Made by a program: the position numbers and the translations under genes. Below, piece after piece: positions 1 to 11,227 of a DNA stretch of 64,000 bases. The notes below the pieces were generated by a model, which did not search any database, was not told the origin of the DNA, and was given only the letters and a program-made list of their open reading frames with translations. Source of the DNA: Octopus sinensis (lineage: Eukaryota); NCBI RefSeq assembly GCF_006345805.1, contig NC_043005.1, positions 85,250,001 to 85,314,000 on the forward strand, read 5' to 3'. Position 1 is the stretch's first letter. Each line of letters begins with the position of its first letter.

Positions 1-53
1 CATGGAAGATGGACGTTAAACGATGTTGATGATGATAATACATATGTAATTAT

Positions 54-116
<63 letters not shown>

Positions 117-245
117 AACACACACATACACACACTGGTGATGTATAGCATTTATAATGTGTATATAAATGTTCAACGCCAACAGCTGTAATATTTGGTC
201 TCAGAGAAACACTTCAAAGTGGCTTGCTTGTTAAAAACACAGGGC

Positions 246-296
246 TTCATACAGAACGCCAGTGTTTCGACCTGCTTTGGTCTCCTCAGTGTTGAA
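246..296 (-). ncRNA. Minimal type-I hammerhead ribozyme-like motif (degenerate)
   Basis: Minus strand reads ttcaaca-CTGAGGA-GACC-aaagca-GGTC-GAAAC-actggc-GT(T)C-tgt(a)tgaa: CUGANGA and GAAA core, perfect 4-bp stem II, bulged stem I, one extra base at the cleavage triplet. Confidence 0.6.
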
Positions 297-852
297 TATC
301 TCAGACAACTTGAGCTACACTGAAAATGCTTATTGCAGTACAGAAATTGGTGGCGAAAACATTTACTGATTTGTGCAAAGGCTAATCAAGCCACTGTAAA
401 TTAGTATAATACTAGCCTTTATTTCCAATAGTTTATGCTTTTCGTTTCTAATAGACTCTGGCCATGTTTATCATATTGCTCTGCTATTAGCAGATGAGTT
501 ATGGTCTTATGATCCAGTATTTCTCAACTCTGCTGTTTCTCTACCATTTCTCTTTTGGATATCTTGATACAACTTACACAGGGTCTTCAGCATTTGTTAG
601 TCTGGCTTGGATGCGCTAAATCAAGTTGTAACTAATATGTTGGTACATATTCTGCGAGTGGAAAGTAAAAACTTAGCAACAAAATATGTCTAGACTCAAG
701 ACATGTTCTGTCTAAATTTAGTGAGATAGAGTCAACCATTATTTATGATATATTTAGACTCAAGACATGTTACATCCAAATTTAGAGAAGCTGCAGTTTA
801 AAATATTATGTACACCAAGTTTGATTGACTTACAAATTGATTGACTTATAAA

Positions 853-1045
853 TATAGTGAGAATTTACAAAAAAGAAAAAAAAAAGACGAAGACGATGTG
901 TAAACAACAAACAAATATATTAGTTTAACGCTCAGGAAGTAAGAAAGTCTTTCACGTTTCGAGCCTAAGCTCTTCAACAGAAAGGAACATGAGAAATAAA
1001 CAGGGAGAGAAAATAGAAAAAGGTTTAGTGGATAGTGATCTATCT
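853..1045 (-). mobile_element. Short non-autonomous repeat with degenerate hammerhead (Penelope pLTR-like); related copies at 59098-59180 and 60715-60885
   Basis: Minus 984-949 reads cttt-CTGTTGA-a-GAGC-ttag-GCTC-GAAAC-GTG-aaag. The flanking sequence (ttcctgagcgttaaactaat...gtaaattctcacta) recurs in diverged form at the two other sites. Confidence 0.55.
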
Positions 1046-1156
1046 ATAGATATAGATATATATATATATACATACATATAAACATACATACATATATGTA
1101 TATTTATATATATATAAAATTTTTATATACATATATATATATAAAATTTTTTTGCG

Positions 1157-1505
1157 TAATGAGATTAGAAACTGCTTTCAGCTGACGAAAATGACACTCG
1201 GGTTTCAGTTGCACAAGGACCTCTAGATGGTGTTGAGGAGGATGAAAACTTTTTGAAAACCCTACGTTTGTCTCTGAGCAGGAATTACCAAGCTTTTGGC
1301 AAAATTTTATGCAGATTCTCTGCTTAATTTTTTCTGTTATGGTCACTGCAACAAGCACACACTACACACCTTTCTTCCAAGCACTGCTGTAGGCAACGGA
1401 AGTGGGCTAGAACATTAAAACTGAGTGCACATGCACAGCAGAGTTTAAGGTCAATCTGTGCCAAGCAGCTTCATTCTGTATGCGTTAACTTTGTTACTAT
1501 GGCAA
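1157..1505 (-). mobile_element. Mariner-like transposon remnant (transposase N-terminus, internally deleted)
   Basis: ORF 1104..1358 contains EKIKQRICIKFCQKLGNSCSET, resembling the mariner HTH start (QRxxIKFCxKLGK). A TIR-like acgtagggttttcaaaaagttt lies at 1266-1245. Confidence 0.55.
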
Positions 1506-1818
1506 CAATCCGTATATGTGTGCAGGTGTGTGTGTATGTGTGCAGGTGTGTGTGTATGTGTGTGTGTGTTTGTATCTTTATTTGTCCCCCGCCAACAATT
1601 GACAACTGGCATTGGTGTGTTTACTTCCCTGTCACTTAGCAGTTCACCAAATAAAGACTGATAGAACAAGTACCAGGCTTAACAGAAAGAAATAAATCCT
1701 GGGATCAATTCATTCAACTAAAATTCTTCAAGCTGCTGCTCCAGTATGGCCACAGTATAATGATGTAAACAAGCAAAAAATAGCTTCACATAACATTCTT
1801 ATATCTTAAAATGGTAAA

Positions 1819-2218
1819 AGACAGCAAGCTGGCAGAATCATTAGCATGCTGGGCGAAATGCTTAGCGATATTTCGTCTGCCTTTACATTCTGAGTTCAAA
1901 TTCTGCTGAGGTCAACTTTTGCCTTTCATCCTTCCAGGGTCAATAAATTAAGTACCAGTTACGCACTGGGGTCGATCTAACTGACTTAATCCCTTTGTCT
2001 GTCTTTGTTTGACCCCTTTGTGCTTAGCCCCTTGTGGGTAGTAAAGAAATTGGTATTTTGTCAGTCTTTATATTCTGTGTTCAAATTCCGCTGAGGTCGA
2101 CTTTGCCTTTCATCCTTTCAGGGTCAATAAATTAAGTACCAGTTGTGTACTGGAGTCGATCTAATCGACTAGCTCCCTCCTCCAAAATTTTGACCCTTGT
2201 GTTTAGAGTAGAAAAGAA
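1819..2218 (+). mobile_element. SINE family B (tRNA-like head, MetaSINE-like core), tandem dimer
   Basis: A-box agctggcagaa and B-box gagttcaaattc; the core gtcgactttgcctttcatcctttcggggtcgataaa..aagtaccag occurs twice. More than 15 related copies in the window (e.g. 6768-7120, 13250-13455, 20325-20715, 21395-21590, 22850-23070, 47105-47615, 62840-63610). The Meta-domain assignment is from recall. Confidence 0.85.
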
Positions 2219-2618
2219 TATATCTTAAAATGGTAAGTTGTGCATTGACGGAATTTAACAGTGGATATCAGCAGGTCAAACAAAAGCCTCAAGCCCCATC
2301 TCCCTTTAGGGTTCACAGCTGTGAGAAATATATTTAGCTAATACCACTGGAATATACTTTAAAAATAACAGGACATAAAGCCCTGCATGTTTCTGATGGT
2401 GGCTGTGGATGGTGAGATTTCCTACCGCTGTTCTCTCCCTCCCTCTCTCTCTCTCTCTCTCTAGTTGCATCACTTCTTAAATATTTATTGTCAGATAATT
2501 GTGTTTAACGATACAATCAGGTAATAATTACGAAATATAGTGTAAACATTAGATCGCACACGTTAATGGTTTTTGTGTTTTAACTGCCTCCAGGAATATC
2601 CTTTGCACTCCGTTCTAT

Positions 2619-2921
2619 CTTCTCCTCCTCCCCCTCCTCCTCCTCCTCTTCCCACTCCTCCAGCCTCTTTGTTGAACATCGTTGTCGTTGCATTTGCAAT
2701 CTTCATCACAATCATCGTTAATGTCGTGGTCGTCGTTGCGTCATCACCATTATTGCTGTCACTACCACCACCACCACCACCACCACCACCACCAGCATCA
2801 CCATTACTACCACCACCCTCACAGCCGCCGCCACCACCACCACCACCACAGCCACCACCACCACCACCACCACCACCACCATATCCACCACCACCACCAC
2901 CACCATCATCATTATCATCAC

Positions 2922-2953
<32 letters not shown>

Positions 2954-3161
2954 ATAACATTACTATGAAATTGTTTATAGTTTTGCTGTGGCTGAAATAA
3001 TTAGTAGCTTCGTTAATTTCATGAGAAATAATCATTAATGTTGTATTTAACAAATAAAAGAACATTAAACAAAAACATTTCGGAAGGTTTCTATTATTTA
3101 TATTCTTTGCATATTTCTCTGTTATTAGTATTCTTCGTATCATCAGCAACATCATCATCAT

Positions 3162-3204
<43 letters not shown>

Positions 3205-3345
3205 TCCATCATCATCATGATGATCATCATCATCAGCAACAACATCATCATTATCATCATCATCATCATCACCATCACCATCACCATCATCATCATCATC
3301 ATCATCATCATAATCATCATGATTGTCCTCATTATTATTATTAGT
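2619..3345. repeat. Compound triplet microsatellites (CCT)n/(CCA)n/(CAT)n
   Basis: Directly visible; they explain the poly-P/H/M/V ORFs at 2573-3531. Confidence 0.95.
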
Positions 3346-3929
3346 TGTATTAGTTGTGTTATTATTTACTTATTCCTTAATTATTCGCGTTGCAGTTTAT
3401 TTTTAGAGCGAGTTATTCTTATTGTTTCATTCATGTTTTTTTTTTCCTTTTTACTGTTTCTTTTTTTGCTTTTCTATTTTTCGACTTCCAGTAGCAAACA
3501 CTTCACTGTTTGTCTTTCAATGAATATTTAATTAACATCGCAAGTAATTATCTCTTTAATGACCTTACAGTTTATGTTCCATATATTAAACATGGCGAAA
3601 TAAGAAAAAAGAACAAGGGGGAAAAGTTGAGAGAAGCAGAAGACCAGACTATTACTGTCATACATTTAAATATTATTGATAGAATGTTCTTGATGTTATT
3701 GTCGTTGATAAGGCATACACTGGGAGATAATTTATCAAAGGAATTCTAGTCACAAATATCTTATATCTTTGGATAATCCGGCCTGCCATTACTTTTTCTC
3801 CATTTTGAAGATGGCAGAACGTGACTTGAGGGAGAAGCCATTTTTGTTTCTGGTGTAACCTTCTGGCGATCTCCATATAAGCAATCTTGTTGGGCAGTAT
3901 TGCTGTCATTTATCAGCAATTTCAACCTT

Positions 3930-4290
3930 CATCATCATCAACATCATCATCGTTTAATGTCCGCTTTCCATGCTAGTATGGGTTGGACGGTTGAACTGGG
4001 GTCTGGGAAGCCAGATGGCTGCACCAGGCTCCAGTCTGGTCTGGCAGTGTTTCTACAGCTGGATGCCCTTCCTAATGCCATCCACTCCGAGAGTGTAGTG
4101 GGTGCTTTTTACATGCCAGATGAGGCCGGCAAACAGCCACAATCGGATGGTGCTTTTTACGTGCCACCGACACGGAGACCAGACAAAGCTGGCAATGGCC
4201 ACAAATCGGATGTTGCTTTTTACATCCACCGGCACGGAGACCAGACGAAGCTGCCAACGGCCACCAATCGGATGGTGCTTTTTACATTTA
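3930..4290 (-). mobile_element. Family C: RTE-LINE 3'-end-derived repeat with internal ~62-bp minisatellite and (GAT)n tail
   Basis: Conserved block gtggttggcgttaggaagggcatccagctgtagaaac...ccaacccatgctagcatggaaagcggacgttaaacgatgatg. Other copies at 1-35, 11591-12072, 25325-25862, 29915-30300, 31280-31580, 34718-34915, 36591-37668, 52280-52750, 56615-56985, 59422-59712, 60278-60640. Confidence 0.8.
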
Positions 4291-4331
4291 TCTATCATTA
4301 TTTATCTATATACATTGATAGATAGTATCAT

Positions 4332-4720
4332 AGGTGCAGGAGTGGCTGTGTGGTAAGTAGCTTGCTTACATTACACATGGTCCCGAGTTGAGTCCCACTG
4401 CATGTCAGCTTTGACAACTGTCTTCTACCATAGCCTTGTGAGTGGATTTGGTAGACGGAAACTGGAAGAAGCCCATTGTATATATACACATATATATATG
4501 TGTGTATGTATGTGTGTGTACATGTTTGTGTATTTGTGTTTGTCCCCCCCAACATCACTTGACAACTGATGCTGATGGGTTACTTAGCGGTTTAGCAAAA
4601 GAGACTGACAGAATAAGTACTAGGCTTACAAAGAATAAGTGCTGGGGTCGATTTGTTTGACTAAAGGCAGTGCTCCAGTATGGCTATAGTAGAAGACACT
4701 TTCCCAAGATGCCATGCAGT
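4332..4720 (+). mobile_element. SINE family A copy
   Basis: Head ggtgcaggagtggctgtgtggtaagtagc, internal (TA)/(TG) tract and the conserved 3' body. Confidence 0.85.
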
Positions 4721-4754
4721 TCCACACAAGATATCTATCTATCTAACTATCTAT

Positions 4755-4974
4755 ACTTTTTTACTCTTTTACTTGTTTCAGTCATTTGACTGCGGCCATG
4801 CTGCAGCACCGCCTTTAATCAAGCAACTCGACCCCGGACCTTATTCTTTGTAAGCCCAGTACTTATTCTATCAGTCTCTTTTTGCTGAACCGCTGAGTGA
4901 CGGGGACGTAAACACACCAGCATCGATTGTCAAGCAATGCTAGGGGGACAAACTCAGACACACATACATACACG

Positions 4975-5026
<52 letters not shown>

Positions 5027-5197
5027 CATATATACGATGGGCTTCTTTCAGTTTCCGTCTAACCAAATCCACTCACAGGGTTTTGGTCAGCCCGAGGCTA
5101 TAGTAGAAGACACTTGCCCAAGGTGCCACGCAGTGGGACTGAACCCGGAACTATGCGGTTGGTAAACAAGCTACTTACCACACAGCCACTCCTGCAC

Positions 5198-5198
<1 letters not shown>
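4755..5198 (-). mobile_element. SINE family A, full length (tRNA-like head, internal microsatellite, (AAAGAGT)n tail)
   Basis: A-box TGGCTGTGTGG and B-box GGTTCAGTCCC on the minus strand. Further copies at about 1512-1782, 8330-8721, 16060-16230, 22238-22650, 44490-44846, 45635-45812, 49422-49645, 59844-60241, 62116-62372. Confidence 0.88.
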
Positions 5199-5229
<31 letters not shown>

Positions 5230-5703
5230 ATCTATATATATATATAGCAATATATATATATGTACTTAAATGTACCTATGTGTGTGAATAGATACAAATA
5301 TGTATACATATATGCAGAATAAAGAGAAGAACACACAAAAACATGAGTATGTGTGTGTACATATATATGTGTACACACACACATATATGCACATGCGTTG
5401 TATGTTTAGATACAGCTGTGTAAGCATGTGTATACGTATATTTGTTTCCAAATATAAGAACATACACCTATACATACATACACACACCACATGCACACAC
5501 ACACACACAATTTTATATTTACATTTAACTACATACACACACATAACAGGCATTCACATATTTATATATTTTTATACACACACACACCCACATTCACACA
5601 CACACATACATAATACACAGACACACACATTCTCACCACCCAGTATGTATGTATGTGCGTGTGCGTGTACATACACATATCTATGTGCTGGGTAGCAAGA
5701 AAG

Positions 5704-5738
<35 letters not shown>

Positions 5739-5939
5739 ATGTGTGTGTGTGTGTGTGCGTGTGTGTGTGTGCATGTGTGTGCATGTGTGTATACACCACA
5801 TCTCCTTGTATCAGAACTGTAATTTACCCTTTGAAGACAAATTAAATTCCTGATATATAATTTCCTGGTGTATGTAATATCGTCTTTGAAACTGCTTCCA
5901 TACACAGAACAACAATATGGTAAGAATATGGTAAGAAGA

Positions 5940-6049
5940 TGGAGGAATGACAAGAAGGAAGAAGAAGAAGAAGGAGGAGGAGAAGAAGAAGAAGAAGAAG
6001 AAGAAGAAGAAGAAGAAAAAGAAGAAGAAGGAGGAGGAGGAGGAGGAGG

Positions 6050-6080
<31 letters not shown>

Positions 6081-6330
6081 AGGAGGAGGAGGAGGAGAAG
6101 AGGAAGAAGAAGAGAAGAAGAAGAAGGAGGAGGAGGAGGAGGAGGAGGGGGAGAAGGAGAAGTAGAAGAAGAAGAAGGAGGAGGAGGAGGAGAAAGAGAA
6201 GTAGAAGAAAGAGAGGAAGAAGAAGAAGAAGAAAAAGAAGAAGAAAAAGAAGAAGAAAAATAGGAGGAGGAGGAGGAGGGGGAGAAGGAGAAGTAGAAGA
6301 AGAAGAAAAAGAAAAAGAAGAAGAAGAAGA
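5940..6330. repeat. (GAA)n/(GGA)n polypurine tract
   Basis: Directly visible; source of the poly-E/K/S ORFs. Confidence 0.95.
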
Positions 6331-6478
6331 GCCCTGCTACCAAAAAATGTGATGATGTGGAAAAAACTGAATAAGAAAATGATGGAGTTTTGCAGAAAAT
6401 GGCCGACTCATGCTATACAAGAATGAGTTTGGATGGTATAAATACAATGGCACTGGCATTGTTGTGTTTTCTTGTGGT

Positions 6479-6706
6479 TTAATTCTTCAGCAATTAAATC
6501 AGCCTTAATTTGGTCCAAATATTCTCTGCTTTATGTTCAGACTGGCCAGATCAGGCATCTCATGCCTACCCTACAACACCATTCTAATAATAGACAATCA
6601 CAACATCAAAATTCCGATGCCATGAGATAAATCCTGATTAGTATAATCCAATGTGGATAAATAAGCTTTGTGTTTGGCAGAGTATTCCTGAATGCTAAGG
6701 GGTAAA
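6479..6706. mobile_element. Possible old TTAA-type (piggyBac-like) MITE
   Basis: Degenerate inverted ends ttaattcttcagcaatt / gaatgctaaggggtaa. Confidence 0.3.
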
Positions 6707-7229
6707 TTCAAGGCCGGCACTGATCAGAAACACCTATGGTCAGTCATGGCAGTGACCATCATATATTCATTTCTTTATTGCCCACAAGGGGCTAAACATA
6801 GAGGGAACAAACAAGGACAGACAAAGGGATTAAGTCGATTACATCGACCCCAGTACATAACAGGTATTTATTTTATCGACCCCAAAAGGATGAAAGGCAA
6901 AGTCAACCTCAGAGGAATTTGAACTTAGAAAGTAGCAACGGGCAAAATACAGCTAAGCATTTCATCCAGCGTGCTAACGATTCTATTCTACTCTATGTAC
7001 AAGGCCTGAAATTTGATTTCAGTTGATTAGATCAACCCCAGTACACAACTGGTACTTCATTTATGGACTCCAAAAGGATGAAAGCAAAGTTGACCCCGGT
7101 GCAATTTGAACTCAGAACACAACATGGCCACAGTCAAATGACTGAAACAAATAAAAGAATAAAATCTCAAAAGAATGACAATAATAGCAAAAACGACACA
7201 CAAAATGCAAACACTCAAAATAGGCCAAA

Positions 7230-8330
7230 GAAACCAAACAAAAAATCACATGACCCAATTTTTGGATTGCTGATATCATCGAAGACAGGTAAACAATTCC
7301 TTGCAGCATTAGACAGGTGCTTTCCTAAAACACATAAATACCTTTGTATCTTCATCAATCATGTAGTGAAAGTATCGAATGCCATGTTCAACAACATGAG
7401 GTACATAAATACAACAATAAAAAAATATGCTTGCAAACAAAGGCTATAGACAAGGAACAAACACATCAAAACAACACAGGGGATAGGAACAATAACAAAA
7501 ATGAACACAATAGGGATCACAAAAAACATGGATTGCAACCCTGACAGTTGAAATAGGATTCAAACAAAGACTGAAAGAAGAAACGGCAAAATAAGTTTTA
7601 GCATCAAGGACACACCAGATGCCGCAAATCAACAAGAGCATCACGAAAACAAAAAGTTACCAGAGAGAACTACAAAAATAGTAAAAGTGCAAATAATTGC
7701 AGCTGTTGCAGGAAATCTGCATGTCGACTCTAGAATCGATGCATGCAAAAATATATCATAGACAAATGCCCAATCACCACACCTATTTCTTTACTACCCA
7801 CAAGGGGCTAAACACAGAGAGGACAAACAAGGACAGACAAACGGATTAAGTCGATTATATCAACCCCAGTGCATAACTGGTACTTATTTAATTGACCGCG
7901 AAAGGATGAAAGGCAAAGTCGACCTTGGCGGAATTTGAACTCAGAATGTAGTAGCAGATGAAATACCTCTAAGCATTTCGCCCGGTGTGCTAACATTTCT
8001 GCACAATCACCACACCGCCGCATGAGTATGCAGACATAGGAGCCTCTGAAAACCAATTTAAGGTCCATTATAGCAACCATATCTCCTTATTTTGAAAGAT
8101 AAGCCGGTGACATGCAGCATCACTAGTGAACTTAATATGGAAATTAAAAGAAGGAAAAATAAAATACGAAATAGAATGGTCAAAAATAAAAAAATGCACA
8201 TCCATATAATACACTATCTGGCATATGTGTCTTGTGTCTTGAGGAAGCCTTCTGCATCCTGTTAAGTAAGAAAAATTTGGAAAACAAGCATGCTGAGAAG
8301 ATAGTGAGATGTTGCCACCATGCCAAATTC
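7230..8330 (+). pseudogene. Penelope-like element remnant: linker, Cys-rich knuckle and GIY-YIG endonuclease, interrupted by a SINE
   Basis: Translates to GKQFLAALDRCFPKTHKYLCIFINHVVKVS; NNCSCCRKSACRL*NRCMQKYIIDKCPIT; EYADIGASENQFKVHYSNH; LVNLIWKLKEGKIKYEIEW; CVLCLEEAFCI. Multiple stops. Confidence 0.8.
7784..8003 (-). mobile_element. SINE family B inserted in the Penelope remnant, 13-bp TSD
   Basis: caatcaccacacc duplicated at 7771-7783 and 8004-8016. Confidence 0.88.
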
Positions 8331-8939
8331 TTTTCTTTTATTCTTTTATTTGTTTCATTTGACTACGGCCATGCAGGAGCACCACCTTTAGTCGAGCAAA
8401 TCGACTCCAGGACTTATTCTTTGTAAGCCTAGTACTTATTCTATCGGTCTCTCTTGCCAAACCGCTAAGTGACGGGAGCGTAAACACACCAGCATTAGTT
8501 GTCAAGTTATGTTCGGGGGGGGGACAAACATATGCATATATATATATATTTTTATATATATGTATATACAACGGGCTTCTTTCAGTTTCCGTCTACCAAA
8601 TCCACTCACAAGGCTTTGGTTAGCCCAAGGCTGTGGTAGAAGACACTTGCCCAAGGTGCCACACAGTGGGACTGAACCCGGAACCATATGGTTGGTAAGC
8701 AAGCTACTTACCACACAGCCACACAGCCAATATGCATTTTCAAGATTCAGCACTGTGAATTAATAACAATTAATAATTCAGTGAACTCTCTCTCCTCTTC
8801 CCCCCACCCATGTGTGCTTGTGTCAGATTGTATTGCTCCCTATATGTATATATGCCTGTCTGTGTGTTTACTATGCATGAATGTATGTACATATATTTGT
8901 ATATGTGTATGAATGTGAGTGCACATACATATCCATTTA

Positions 8940-9010
<71 letters not shown>

Positions 9011-9512
9011 TATATATATATGAAGATGTTTATATACATATGTGTGTGAGTGTGTGCATGTGTGTGTATGTGTCCAAATGTTAGTAATCTTAAGGCCAGT
9101 TAAGGACAATCACATGTGTAACCAATCATGGAGCCCAAATCAACAGTACAATGAAATAAAATGCTACTTTAACAGTACTAGAATCACCGTCCCACTACAT
9201 TTACACATTCAAAGCAGTTTGCTAACGGCTCTTCAGCAACAATATACCCTGATAATTTCAGTGACTACTACTAAATTCAGACCACAGCAGACTGAGAGAA
9301 TGTTCTTGAAGCTGAAGATTTTGAACTTACAGACACAATATTTACATATCACCTGAGGAAACAACAAGGACTTGTAATGCAGGGAAACAGTTACATAATC
9401 AAGTACCTGCATGTCATGAGAACTACGTTGCATAGAAACAATTGCAGAGATTAAAAAACAAATGTCCAACCATACTTCTTCTTGTTGATTCCAATTCTTT
9501 CAATTATATATA

Positions 9513-10758
9513 CAAGGGTTGGACAAAATAATGGAAACACCTAGCATCATACCATCATAATTTTGAGATCTGTATAAAACCATCAAAATCTTGTTTATTT
9601 TTATGTTTCTTGATTTATTATTAGCGTTGCTTAATATGATTTGCTAAAATTGATGTTTCTTTTCAAATATCATCAAAAAAAGGTAATTGAAATTCATTAG
9701 AATGACAGATCTATCGGACTTTCAAAGAGGTCAAATTGTTTGTGGTCGTATGGCAGGTGCTAGCATAATGAAAACAGCTGAAATGTTTGTTGTATCAACA
9801 AGTATTGTCTCAAAAGTAATGACTGTCTTTGAGAAAGAGGGAAAAATCTCCTTGTCAAAACAAAACTCCGGAAGAAAACCAAACCTTTCAGAGAGGGACT
9901 GTCGGACTCTTACGCGAATTGTTAGAAAGGATCACAAAAGTACAGCTCCCAAAATTACTATAGAGCTTAATGTTCACCCCGAGAACCCAGTTTCCTCAAA
10001 AAGTGTTTGTTAGGAGCTGCACAAAGCCGGATTTCACGGGAGGGCTGCAATCAGAAAACCACAACTTTCAAAAACAAATGTTGCAAAGCGTTTAAAGTGG
10101 AGTAAAAATCTACAGAATTGGTCCCTAGATCAGTGGAAAAATGTTATTTTCTTGGAAGTGTCATCCTTTACCTTATTTCTGACCACTGACCAAATATAAG
10201 TGTGGAGACAGCCAAAAAAAGCGTTTGACCCAGACTGCCTTCTTTCAACAGTTAAACATGGATGATCTGAGAGGCTATATCTTGGAAATTCACCAGTCAA
10301 ATGGTTTCCTATCATGGCAGAATTAATAGTCAAGACTAAGCATTTTATCTGATCAAATTTTATCTCATCTATAGTTGCGGAACTGTTTCCAGAGGGAAAC
10401 ACAATCTTTCAGGATGATAATGCCAAACTAAATTTGTTACTGAATAGCACAAGAAACATTCTAGTGAATTTGAACATCTTATCTGGCTACCACAGTCACC
10501 AGACAGTTCAATATTATCGAACATTTATGGTACATTTTAGAAAAACAAGTAAGGAGTCGATATCCTCCATCATCACCACTACAAGAACTGGAGACTGTTT
10601 TAGCTGAAGAATGGACAAAAGTTCCTTTGGAAACAATTCCAACTTTGTATGAGTCCATCATAGAATTCATGCTGTAATTACTTCCAAAGGTGGTCCTACC
10701 CCATATTAAGATAAATTTGTTTGAAAATTTAAGGTGTTTCTATTATTTTTCCCAACTC

Positions 10759-10761
<3 letters not shown>
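9513..10761 (+). mobile_element. Full-length Tc1-family (DD34E-type) DNA transposon, inactive
   Basis: 30-bp TIRs caagggttggacaaaataatggaaacacct / aggtgtttctattatttttcccaactcctg (25/30 match), TA on both sides, about 1.25 kb. Confidence 0.93.
9702..10709 (+). pseudogene. Tc1 transposase pseudogene
   Basis: Starts MTDLSDFQRGQIVCGRMAGAS...SGRKPNLSERDCRTL; later FQDDNA, PPQSPD, IIEHLW and terminal KGGPTPY*. Stops and frameshifts throughout. Confidence 0.9.
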
Positions 10762-10794
<33 letters not shown>

Positions 10795-10845
10795 AGCTTC
10801 TTCCAGTTTTTGTCTACTAAATATATATATATATGTATATATATA

Positions 10846-11227
10846 TGGCTGTGTGGTAAGTAGCTTGCTAACCAACAACATGGTTCCGGGTTCAGTCCCA
10901 CTGCGTGGCATCTTGGGCAAGTGTCTTCTGCTATAGCCCCGGGCCGACCAATGCCTTGTGAGTGGATTTGGTAGACGGAAACTGAAAGAAGCCTGTCGTA
11001 TATATGTGTTTGTGTGTCTGTGTTTGTCCCCCTAGCATTGCTTGACAACCGATGCTGGTGTGTTTATGTCCCCGTCACTTAGTGGTTCGGCAGAAAGAGA
11101 CCGATAGAATAAGTACTGGGCTTACGAAGAATAAGTCCCGGGGTCGATTTGCTTGACTAAAGGCGGTGCTCCAGCATGGCTGCAGTCAAATGACTGAAAC
11201 AAGTAAAAGAGTAAAAGAGTAAAGAGT
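10846..11227 (+). mobile_element. SINE family A, near full length
   Basis: tggctgtgtggtaagtagc...gggttcagtcccactgcgtggc...gactgaaacaagtaaaagagtaaaagagt. Confidence 0.88.

Noticed and set aside
2573-3531. Poly-Pro/His/Met ORFs resembling formin or His-rich proteins
   Set aside because: Pure triplet microsatellites, open in several frames, with no domain or splice support.
3673-3909. 78-aa non-repetitive minus-strand ORF
   Set aside because: No recognisable homology or exon signals; a length expected by chance.
5681-6343. Long Ser/Pro- and Glu/Gly-rich ORFs
   Set aside because: Product of the (GAA)/(GGA) tract.
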